From Gnetum montanum (Eukaryota; Plantae; Gnetophyta), in assembly GCA_015680685.1 (NCBI GenBank), contig MNCI01000003.1:604193-668192 (forward strand): a DNA stretch of 64,000 bases, written 5' to 3'. A model generated the notes under the pieces. That model saw nothing but the letters and a program-made list of their open reading frames with translations. It had not been told where the DNA came from and did not search any database. A program made the translations under genes and the position numbers. Each line of letters opens with the position of its first letter. Within the stretch, counting starts at the first letter, position 1. This document shows positions 52,641 to 64,000 of the stretch, piece after piece.

Positions 52641-55600
52641 GAGAGCCACCATACATTGTTGAAGGGCAAAGGGGTCCCACACGTCCTAAGCGAAATTGGA
52701 GATGGTGAACCACTCATAACAGGTTCTCTATCAAAAGATGTTCCCCCTCCTAACGATAGTGAGGAGGTGGGGTATCAGAACCTACGCTCCATGATTCATA
52801 ACCTTGGTTCTGATACCCATGAACACCAAGTATTCACCGAGGGAACAAAAACACAAGACAAGGACGGGCACTCAGATCGTCATCATGATCGGGGTCAAAG
52901 CCACCGAGGAGAAGGTAAGAAACATCGTCATGGCGATGGTTCTCATTCTTCTTCCCCTTCATTACATCATTCACCCTCTCCTTCCACATCAGGGCACAAT
53001 CATCAAGAGCATAACGGTGAGGATAAGGGTAAGCGAAATGAGAGACCTCAATGAGAGAGTCGAGAGAGAGGATGAGGGCAGTCTAGAGAGTCTAGGCATG
53101 GGAGAAGGGAAAGTACGGAACAACGTAGACATCATAGATGTCATGAAAGAGATGATCATGATGAACCCCTACTTGCCACCCAAAGTATGCTAGATATTAC
53201 GGAGGCTGTAAGAATACCAACAAGGCATCAAAAAGATAGTCGGATCAAGAGATTGGATATGAATAATATCCCACGCTTCGAAGGGGGATACAACGCTAAT
53301 CCGCAAAATCATTTACAGGCATTCCATGATGCCTACACCTTGCAAAACATAGAAAACGAGTGGCAAAAATTAAATTTTTTTCCTAGGATACTCATAAAGG
53401 AAGCAAAGAGTTGGTACTAGTCCTTAGAACTGGAAATCATTAGGAGGTGGAGTACGATGTTAGAACTCTTCAACGATAAATACCAAACGTAGTCCAGAGT
53501 GTCTAACTTCCATAAAAAGATCCAAGGATGGAAGCAAGGTAATCATGAACCCTTGGATGCTGTCATGGGCCACTACTATGCATTGCTACATCGTTCCCTG
53601 GGCCATGGTTAAGCACAACGGGATCAACTCCTCCATCTTGTAGATGGGCTAAGGTATGAAACTAGGAGAACCCTTGGGACTTATGCCCAAGGGAGACTAT
53701 CAGAACTTAGATCCCATGAAATTCACAGATTGTTGGAGCAAGTAGCTAAAGAAGAAGGGGAGCTATAGAAAAGGGAAAGCGCAGAAGAGTATAACTGCGA
53801 TCCTTCCCTCCGGAAGAGGGGAGTGAGATTCTGCGATAAAGAGGATGAGTCACCACTCGAAGAATTGGTGAATAGAAAAACCTTGCCGCTTCAAAAATTA
53901 ACAACGAAAGTATCGGCTAAGGTAGATGAAATATGAAGCTCCTTAGACAGTAAAATTGAAACTGTCCTAAAGATTGTAGAGGAATCTAAGGAGGAACAAA
54001 GTAGTGACAAGGACAAGAAAAAGCAGAGAGACTCAGGCCATGCACGTGACAAGGGTAAGGGAAAAGTGAATATCTCTGATGAGATTTTGGATTCGAATAC
54101 AGACAATGACAGTGGATGTGAGATCTACCAATATGACCATCCTAAACGATGTTGTCCAATCATATCACATCTACAAGAGTCTGGGGTGTATGCACTCAAC
54201 CCGAGACTTAACAGACTGTAGACACCCCGAAGGTTACCTTATCCCCAAGGTAACCCAAGGCAGTTCCACCAACCGTTAATGTACTATCCAAGCGGAACTC
54301 CACCATAACCCATCGAGCAACATCAGCAGTGGCAATACCCACAGTCATGGGGGATGCCATCGCCTAAACAACAATACCCTTACCGGCAACCAGACCCATA
54401 TGGATACTACGTGCAGCAGTTAATTTCTCCAAGTGACTCCATGGGTCACACAACTCTACAACGTCACTACCAAGTTCAGGAGTACTTTAGAAGGACTCCT
54501 TCTCCTTCGGGAGATGCTCCACATCCATACCATCCTCCTAATCCATCCACCACTCTTACACCAGTAGTTCCACTACCTCCCACTCCAACAATGCAAGAGG
54601 AACTCCCTACTCAACCACAGCAACGTAAGGCTACGAGAGCTGTGAACCTTCAACCAATTGCTGGTTCTAACAACAGCAAGAAGAGAAGACCTTTCTTCAG
54701 AATCAAAAGTCCAGACAAGCTCTCACAACCACAAGCGGTTGAGTCTGTGACCACTCGTCTAACACATAAGGCTTCGGAGCTCCCTTCAAACCAATACCAA
54801 AGCTCAACGCATACGGTTATGTTAACACATACTGTAACCGACTGGATCAAGGTAGGCCACCTTCCTAGGAAACTATCTGACCCTGGAAGTTCCTTAATCT
54901 ACCTCCAAGTCACCGAGAATAAACCTCATAAGGCTCTTCTTGACTCAAGTTCCAGAGTCAACTTAATTTTACGAGAAATGTATCAAGCCTAGAACCTGCC
55001 TCCACTTAAGAAGAGCAATATTCAACTAGAGCTGGCTTACCAATCCATCACCATTCCCTTGGGATTAGTGGAGGACATCATTACCACTGTGTGTGATTGG
55101 TCATACCCAGCTAATTTCCTGGTGATAGAAGTCAACAGCAATGAAGGGGACTTCCCAATTATAGTGGGAAGGGCATGGCTAAGTACAATAGATGCATGCC
55201 TAGGAATTTGCAATCTTTCCTTGGAAATATCTAAGGTAAACATTTATGGAAACATCGAGAAGAAGAAAGTTTCATGTATCACATACAGTGACTCATCGGG
55301 TGATGACATGGAGGAATGCTCAACATCTCATACATGCAACAGGTATGCCCTAGAAACTCTAAGACAAAGGTGCTTGTAGTAGCAACCACACAACAAGTGG
55401 ACACCCCATGGTTGACAGCTAATCGAAAGAGCAACCGACCAACATGCATGGAACGAATTGGAGGAACAACTCATGCCCACAATGAAGGCATAGATACATT
55501 GGAATATGAGCGTCACCGACGTCCACCCCTTAATCAAAGAACATCAATTGGGAGAAGTTAGACACTTTTAAGAAATTCAAACAGACATTCATTATTTTGG

Positions 55601-55648
55601 ATCTCTGCCTTTCCATTCAGTCATGAGGGAGATGGCCACCTATGCTAA
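52641..55648 (+). pseudogene. Element C linker, gag, Pro/Gln-rich region, aspartic protease and C-tail; no RT, RNase H or integrase
   Basis: Same frame as the 52281 ORF. Gag at 53187-53760; Athila hallmark LPRKLSDPGS; protease ALLDSSSRVNLI (DSG changed to DSS). Ends GDGHLC* as in B. Scattered premature stops and one frameshift near 55378. Confidence 0.9.
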
Positions 55649-58639
55649 TCATTCAGGGTCCTCAGTTCTTTTAAGTTTTTGTTTTATACATTTTTATTTT
55701 ACATGTTTTTGTTTTACACGTCGTTGTTTCACACATTTTTGTTTTACACATTTTTGTTTTATACGTTTTTTTTTTACACATTTTTTTTTTTACACATTTT
55801 TTTTTTTACAAATTTCTTTAACTTTTCNTGAATCGGTGACTGGGCTTTTCTCAAACTAAGGAAGGACTCAAGGATTGAAAAGGGTGTGACTTCAAGGGAA
55901 CTTGATGCATTTGTGTTGGCCATTCTCTTGGGTGCTTGGATGTTTTCTTCTTGAGTTTTCTTACCACTTCGATCTTACCCAATTATCGGGAAGCTGAGCT
56001 AATAAAAATAACAAAGTCTTTGCATGGTGTGGTTCTCACCCATAAACATATAAAAAAAACAGAAGAAAGAAGAAAGTGATAATTCAAAGCACACCCCTTA
56101 AACAAAATAATCATTTGGGCTACAAGCACTGGTTATGGAACTAAAATAAAAATGTTCCCTCTAACTAAGGCCCTTCTCACTTCCCATTCTCTTCTCCTTC
56201 GTTTCGTCGAAATGGTGGTGGCTCTTTGGTGAAGACATTCTTGTTACTTCAAAAGGATGGATTGGTCGAATGGATTAATGCGAAGTCATTGGAAGTGGTT
56301 TGTTTGAGGCTGGACTTGGAATGGGATCTACTAAGTTACACTAACCATGAAACACACAAGGGGTTGTACACCACCTTGTTCTTGGGATTCCATTCCATTC
56401 TCTTCTCTCCATCCTTCTCTCCATTGTTCACCTCATTGTCGGTTGTATCATAAGTGTATATTTTGGTTGATGCATTATTTTCTTTTTGGTAAATTCTTGT
56501 GGTTAAGACTTTAACTCTTGTTCCAAATGACATTCCCAGAGCCTACAAACTCTTTGAATGTGGGTTTGTCAGGGCATGAGCCTGCTTTGGGGAGGACCCA
56601 CTAACATTCCTATTTGGTGCACCAATTAAATTCTTTCCCTTAACATTTTTGCAATCAACTTTATTTTGTTCATTTCCATCTTGACATCCATTTCATCAAT
56701 GTTATAGTTGTCTCTTTTTCTCCATCTTCCTTGCTCTTTTTCTTTCTACGTTCTATCGCTACCAGAGGTTCGCTCTTAGTCATGGGGGTCCAGACCTAAA
56801 TTTTTTCAATTTTCTCCTAACCCCTACACCTTCAGTAGTCACCACTATGATATCTCTAGATCTATATTAGCCATACCACAACTTAGCCAATGGACCTTTC
56901 ACTAAAGCAAGGTATCAACTACATTGAAATTCATTTTCCCTTGCTAATAAAAAGACTATGTTGTGTGTGCAAATGGAAATCATGCAACAACGGATTGGAT
57001 CTGGAGAGAACACATGGAATGGAGCAGTGCTGGAAGCAACTATGCAAGGAGCAAGACCGATGGCGTGCTTATGGATGGACAATGAAAGGTGCAATCTTGG
57101 CGTTGGTAGTAGCAAAACTTCTTTCTCTCTCTCTTTCTCAACTATCAAATAAGGCCTGATGTCAAATGTATAAGGTGTTCACTCTTGTTGTCGTGAACAC
57201 CAGTTTTGTCTTGTCTTGTAATGATGAATTAGTTCCATTTGACTCAATAATCCCAAACCATTATAATATTTTGTAAGGAACTAGAGGAAAAGTTTTTATT
57301 CAGTCATGGGGGTATGATGGGACGTGATATCGCATGGGCCACGATATCGCGTCTTCCCCTGCGATATCGCATACACGATATCACAGTGCACCATCAAATC
57401 TATAAATAAGAGGCAGCTCTCCCTTGTTTCTCATTCTAGGCCTAGACCGTAGCAAAACTCTAGCAATTTTACCTCTCCATAGATACAATAATTTCCATGT
57501 GCCCGTAGTAGGAGCTCCAAAGTGAACGAATCTTTATTTGAGAAAATATTGTACCTGAACACAAGTTTGTGTACGGCAATAAAGACGAACTTCCTGGATA
57601 AACCTTGCAGTGCATGGACTAAGCTAAATAGGCTAAATAGGATTTTTATTTATTTTCATTTATTGTTTATCATTTACATGCTTTATTAGTTGATTAAATC
57701 TCTCTCAACCCTTCTCTCCTAGTTAAGTGCATTCAATACGACTGCTTCGAGCACGTGCATTACGCTTGGTGATCCCAACAACGAATAGCATTCGGTAACC
57801 AAGGTTGCATTGGTTTAGGGTGTGAACGGTAAGTGGGAATGGATACTGGTGCTAGGTTAATTAAGACTTATTTAGTTAAAGTTAGTTAATTAATCTCTTC
57901 ACTCTTCACCTTGTCAGCATAGGAGATAAAATAGAAGAGACATAAAAATCATATACCTCGAACTTACTTAACCATACAACTGTGACAAATACAAGTAAGT
58001 CTGGGAAGACAACAAATGATTAACCTTAAGTGTTCCATGAGGCGTGTAGGCACTTAGTCTACAGAGTTCGACCGGATCGCGTGTGTAACGCTCGTATTTG
58101 TATGGTTGAGTGTAGGGGTACCTCTCCACTCATCAGTTGTAGAATTATTATGATTGTGCTATAAGTGTTCTCATAATTACAAGTGAATTGCAGTGATGAT
58201 TCTTTCTATACTTTTATATAATCAATGACTACAAGCAATCATGAGTTATGACTACAAGTGAATGGTAACTTGTGTTCACTTGTAGATTTGGGTTACAAGG
58301 TAGAAAATAGTTGCAATTTGGGTTATACTACATTTTGTTGCCTTCTCTATGTGATTTCAAGGGAATTGAGAGGGGATTATGATCATGTTATAACTACAAG
58401 AAATCTAAAAATGCCTAAGGGTTAAGTATGAGTTGATTGCAAGGCCCTCTATGTCAATAAAACCATGATTTACTAACATATCAAAAAATAGAAAACAATA
58501 AGCCTAACATGTTTATGATTTCTAACCTAATCTTTAAGAACACGAGGATGCAAAAGATAAGAGATTGCAAATACATCATTCAATTCAACATCCACGCCAA
58601 TTTCTTAAGAAAAGAGAATCAGTTCTTAGGCTAAAGGTA

Positions 58640-59165
58640 ACCAAGTCACGGTAAGGTTTCAAGCAAGTTTCAAATAAAATCACTTCACTATTGATCACTT
58701 AGTTACCCTTATACATTACATGGAGTTTGCAAAAATGCCTAATAAAAAGTTTTTATTTTTTTTCTTGATTTTGCAAAAGTATATAATTCTATGATCCATA
58801 CAAAACTATAATTGCACTTGTTGGCCTCCCTTCAGATTTGATTATAGCAACTCGAAGATTATTGAGAAAGTAATTATTAAAATTATAGACAGTAATTCAA
58901 AGAAAAAAATTTCAAGTTTTGAGAAAAATGAAGTTAAGGCTTTTCACTCTCTTCAAATCTCTTTGGTATCTTTATTAATAAAATGTAGGAGCAGTTGTAT
59001 AATGTGCAAGATAGTCATGCTATTAAAGTTAGATCCCAAGTAGAAATACCTATTATAACTATTATTTTGGAGGTACCAATGTGCAAATAGTAAATTCTTT
59101 TAAATATNCTATTTTGGAGGTACCAATGTGCAAATAGTAAATTCTTTTAAATATTTGGATCTCAT
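58640..59165 (+). mobile_element. LINE RT fragment (same superfamily as LINE-a/b/c)
   Basis: DHLVTL..FLDFAKVYNSMI..GGTNVQIVNSFKYL motifs, internally deleted. Confidence 0.75.
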
Positions 59166-60049
59166 TTATAGAAATGCAATTGAAATGCTTAATTATGTCC
59201 TTGTGAGACCACAAAGGGTCTATAGGACAAACTTATTTTATTATAAGGCTTTGATATGGTAAAAATGACCCAAAATTAACATATCTACCTCAAACAAATA
59301 TGGCAAAGTTGTTGCTTGAATGTTATATTTAAGTCTAAGAGCATTAAAAAGGACAATTTAGAAAGATATGCTCTTCATCTTCTACTACTACATGTATACA
59401 AAATCTACATCTCTAAACATTAATCCATAATTAATCTATCTCCTTATTTGAATCAATAGATAGTGAGATCTCACATGACCTTGTGTGATTGCCACTTTAC
59501 ATTTATCTGGAAATAGCAGCAAACAAATAAGTACATATTTTTATTAAGGTTCCTCCTCAAATATACTACAAATAAAATTTCTTTTTCCTACATGGTTTTT
59601 CCCACATGTACTTTAATGCATTCTACCTTATCCTTGTTTATAGATCCTTAAAGCACAAATTTATATCTTGATCTTCAATCTTTCATTTTTGAAGCCATTT
59701 TTTTCTATCACTGAAGCATCTTTTTCTTCTAAGTGACCTTATAAACTTCCATGAATAGGTGAATGTCATGCCTAGCAAGCATCTTTTTATATAACTATAG
59801 AAGTTTTTGAGAAGCTGCAATTTCTGTAGGTAGCATATCTACTTCTACTAATTGAAACACCACAAAATTCTGAGCTTAGTACTTCTCCAACAAGAATCGA
59901 GCTAAGTCATGATGCTCCCCAGCATGACTAAAGCTTGAGGGCCTCACAAATAGCTTCAAGTAGAGTTGAACTCAACAAGAAATGGTTCCCTAGGACCCAC
60001 AAAAGACTACAATGACATCTGGCATCAAACTTGGCAAATCTTGAGCTCA

Positions 60050-60600
60050 AAATACTTGGTTTTGCATCCTGTACGCTGGCCTATACATGCCCAGCGTACA
60101 GCAACTTTTGGGCCCCAAAAATGAGTTAAAACATGCCAAAATTGAGTGTCTAGACCCCCCAAGACCTTCCCCAAGGTCCCCAGTAGCTCTCAAGCACTTG
60201 AAAATCAAATTTTGGGCTCCAAATGATGGTCTTTCATTCCTGTACGCCCAGCGTGCAGCCAACATAGAGCAACTTTTGGGCCCCAGAAATGAGTCAAAAC
60301 ATGCAAAAACTGAGTGTCTGGACCCCCCAAGACCTTCCCCAAGGTTTCCAATAGCTCTTAGGCACTTGAAAATCAAATTTTGGGCTCCAAATGATGGTCT
60401 TTCATTCCTGTACACCTAGCGTATACGCCCAGCGTGCAGCCAGCGTAGAGCAACTTTTGGGCCCTAGAAATGAGTCAAAACATGCCAAAACTGAGCGTCT
60501 GGACCCCCCAAGACCTTCCTCAAGGTTCCCAGTAGCTCTTAGGCACTTGAAAATCAAGTTTCAACCTCAAAATGATGCACTTCCATGACCTGTACGCTGA
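60050..60600. repeat. Three tandem 168-181-bp units inside the solo LTR
   Basis: GCAACTTTTGGGCCC starts at 60101, 60269 and 60450. Confidence 0.95.
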
Positions 60601-60789
60601 GCATACGTACTCTGCACGCCCAGCGTACACCACCAGAAACAGCCCAAAATGGGCACCAAACAAGGAGATTTTCACCCTAAATTAACTGCCGAAGGTGGGG
60701 CAACTGTTGGGCATCATCATAGGCACCAAAAAATCAAGTTTTGACCTTAAAATGAAGCATTTTCATGTGTGTACACTGGGTACATTTTT

Positions 60790-60977
60790 TGTGTACGCTA
60801 GCATGCTGTACGCTGGCATCCATGTACGTTGGCATGTTGTATACTGGCATCCATGTACGCTGGCATGTTGTATGCTGGCATCCATGTACACTAGCATGTT
60901 GTACACTGGCATGCTGTACGTTGGCATCCTGTACGCTGGCATGCTATACGCTGGCAACTTGTACGCTGGCATCCATG
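60790..60977. repeat. Minisatellite of 15/17-bp units (TGTACGCTGGCATGC / TGTACGCTGGCATCCA)
   Basis: About 12 consecutive units read directly from the sequence. Confidence 0.95.
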
Positions 60978-63900
60978 TCACCCGACTAGAGAATCCAGCA
61001 CTCCACAGCTAATCATCCCCTCTCAAAACCCGAGTCCCACATCTACACTTGTATTAAAACCCCAATTTTTCACTAGACCAAGGTGGGAAATTGTTGAGCA
61101 AAAACCAGAGAAAAACAAAGAACCAGAGATGCTAAGAAACTAGAGCAAAAACCCTGTACGTTGGATCACGACCCTGCACGCTGAACATACAGCTTTTACA
61201 CTGTGCCTGTAGTTGAACCCAGCACACAGTCGTCCCTGCATCCACAGGGGCTATTCGTCCGCCTTGTGTCAGAGTCACAACTGCATTAGACCGGTGCATT
61301 GTAACTCTCATTTCGCAATAATATTGCTACATTTCTTTGCGAAAATCTGTTACAGTTTTTCATTCATTGTTGCATGTTTACTATTTACGCTCTTGTACGT
61401 TTACGCTCCGTTTTACATTCGTTACGCCATTTACATATAACCTAGCGTATAATATATCAGTGTACGTTTGGAGAAATCCTTACCTGATCCATGTGCGGTT
61501 CGTTAATTCCAGCTTGCCCTCAAGCGAAGGTAGGGTCTTCTGTGTGTGTCCTGAGATCTCCAGGTTTCTGTTTCATTCCAACCGAAGATCGACGATTTTG
61601 GACAGTACACTAATAAAATATCATATAGAGTTTAAGCCTTTGCCTAAAGTTTCTACAATAAAAATTATTTTTTAATATATTCCAAACATTCCCATTATAG
61701 TTCAGGTAAATTGGATCCCCAAGTTTCATAATCATATAATAGAATTGGCTGAACAAATTGATTTTACATTTGCTTGCAAACATCCTATGTCCAAATCTAT
61801 TCTTATGCATATTTACTACGAACTACATATAAAGCATGCATATTATTTAAAACCCTCCCAGCAATACAATTTTTCCAATAATATCTATTTGAAACTAAGA
61901 TGCCTAAAGACTTATATGATGAGACACTTTCAATTTTCTCTAACCCAATATGAAAATCATTTACAAAAGATCTTACCATCATTTTGGTTTTGCTAACATT
62001 AAATTTCATCCCTAAGGTAGTGCAAAAATCATCTAAAATTTGAAGCATAAACTTCATTTGAACTTCATTTTTTGCTATAAGGACTACATTATCACCAAAC
62101 ATTAAAATATTTATAGGAAAATTGATAACTTTAATAAATTTCAATGCAACAAAGGACATCAATTGTTCTAATTTGTCAATGAAGATGCTAAATAAAGTAG
62201 CTAAAAGTGGACATCCTTGCTTTCATCCAATATTGCTATTTAGAATAAATTTTGTCTGTGTTATTATTCAACATAATTTGCACTGAACTATACAATTTTT
62301 AACTAGTAGATGTAAATTCATATAAATATCCTACAATTGCCTCCACAATTTATACCTAATAATATTCATAAACTTTAGAAAAATACATAAAGTAAAGATA
62401 AACCTTATTAAATAGTCCTTTATCTAGGTCCATACAATACTTTATGTAATCAAGTGATCCAGTGTGGAGTGATTTTACCTAAAACCTACTTGTAAACTTG
62501 CTTGAACATTGTTTAATTTTTCCCAACTATTAAGCTTTATCTCAAGTATATTTCCTAATAATCTTGCAAAGCAGTGGTTAATCATAATGAGGCTATAATT
62601 GCTAAAGCTATTTCTATTACTTTTTTAAAACAACCTTACTACTTTATTGATGCACCAATCTTCTAGAAGTCCATTCAAGAGATTTCTATTATAAAAAATT
62701 ACAAATTTTTATACAAACTATGGTTCCTGCCCATTTAAGCAATTCTACATATAAGCTTGAGGCATCTATTTCTTTACTAAAAGCTAGTCAAACTATCTTC
62801 TTCTTTTAAGATATCCTTTTACTTTATTTTGCAGTCTTACATATAGCTTTAATATTGAACATGATAGAATGATGTGATGATTCAAGCAATCTATCACCAA
62901 TAGACAAATTAGACATTACATCCAAACTGACATGAGTACAAACAAGTAGGTCAATTACTGATGGACCTTGAAAATCTTCAAAAGTGTATTGCATAGAATT
63001 TGAATATTTGGAAATATCTTTGAGAACTAAAAGATCAAAAAAAATTTCCCAAGAGATTAATTATTGACAAAATTGATTTGTACAAATATCAAGAGAACCA
63101 CTTGTATGTTCCTCATACACCAAATAATTAAAATCTATTGTACATTAATCCAAAACTAAAATTGTTTTGAAAGCAATGTGAGTATTAAAATCTCGATAAA
63201 TAATTACTTTTCAAGTATGACTAAGTTCAACAATCTCATTTCCTAGATATTGAAATGGGTATTCTTTATAAAGTTCTAGGCCATCATAAATGGAAGAATT
63301 TTTGAGGACAAACTAACATAAAGTAAAAAAGATCATATATGTTGATGCTATAATTTATAACCGTGCCTATTACTTATGCTCATCAATATTATAGTAGTTT
63401 ACATAAAATCATCTCTCACTAAATATGCAATACCCCTAAAGACTCTTCTTCAGTTTTCTATCTTCTTATTTTTTATTGAATATTTTTTAAAATTTGAACT
63501 AGCAAACTATGTAGAATCATTTGTCTCCCAAGTTATAGCTAACCCAAAAATGTCAAAAGTAATAAAAAAGGTTTTATACTACATAGAGCTAATATTTTAT
63601 TGGCAACAAATCATTTAATTTTTGAACAACCACAATGTAAAGCTTCTATGCATTTTTTTAAAAATATAACTTTTAGTGATAATAACTACAAAATTTTTAG
63701 TGGTATTGGGGTATTTCTTTTTTGAATTTGATTGATTATACTTATTTGATTCTTATAAAACCTCGAAGTTTAAATGATAAGGAAATATTGCATGAAAAGA
63801 GGAATATCTAGAATGTACAAAAGAGAGAAGATATGTATTTCCTCCTTGCTCACAAGCTAAAATAATAAGGATTTCAAGGTTAATTCCACCTTAGTTTTAT

Positions 63901-64000
63901 ACAAGAAGCATGTCTATCATTATATTAATATGCAAGTCATGTCAAGTCCATTATAAGATAATCTCATTAATCTTATTAACAAGAGAAGTAGACATTAAGA

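Larger units (their letters stand above)
51325..58135 (+). mobile_element. Element C: full-length non-autonomous Athila-like LTR retrotransposon (5' LTR 51325-52138, 3' LTR 57315-58135)
   Basis: Perfect TSD GTTGT/GTTGT; LTR termini TGATG...CATCA; PPT CATGGGGGTA at 57305-57314; PBS present. Single-N contig join at 55828. Confidence 0.97.
59853..61609. mobile_element. Solo LTR (1757 bp), probably Tat/Ogre-like Ty3/gypsy
   Basis: Perfect TSD CTAAT (59848-59852 / 61610-61614); TG...CA ends with imperfect inverted CAAAAT/ATTTTG; GC-richer and CpG-retaining compared with the flanks. Confidence 0.85.
59170..63760 (-). mobile_element. LINE-e: decayed LINE interrupted by a solo LTR
   Basis: Endonuclease at 62860-63620; QVGFR*NHSTLDHLIT; KQGCPLLATLFSIFID; MFGDNVVL..NVSKTKMMV..YKSLG (61803-62162). 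TLYDILL|VEVDMLP rejoins across the insertion. 3' hairpin at 59195-59230. Confidence 0.85.

Noticed and set aside
60047-61012. Repetitive ORFs on both strands
   Set aside because: By-products of the tandem repeats and minisatellite in the solo LTR.

Overview
AT-rich, transposon-dense land-plant genomic DNA from a draft assembly with three N-gaps. The left half (1-32 kb) is a nest of Ty3/gypsy LTR retrotransposons: an old Athila-type element with an env-like 3' ORF, a decayed Tekay/Del-type chromovirus, solo LTRs and an intronless NRAMP fragment. The right half holds five exons (K-box and C-terminal) of a minus-strand MIKC-c MADS-box gene. Its introns are inflated by nested, decayed LINEs that are not plant L1-type (RTEX/L2-like architecture), a plant RTE fragment, a solo LTR and one complete LTR element. 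The most notable system is a three-copy non-autonomous Athila-like LTR family (A 1-2350 partial, B 21722-28892, C 51325-58135). It lacks RT, RNase H and integrase. It encodes an unrecognised ~118-aa N-terminal ORF, separated from in-frame gag-protease by a TAG shared between diverged copies. It also carries a two-mini-intron cassette in its 3' region and a hypervariable GCGATATCGC palindrome-spacer array in U3. I found no rRNA, tRNA or CRISPR arrays.
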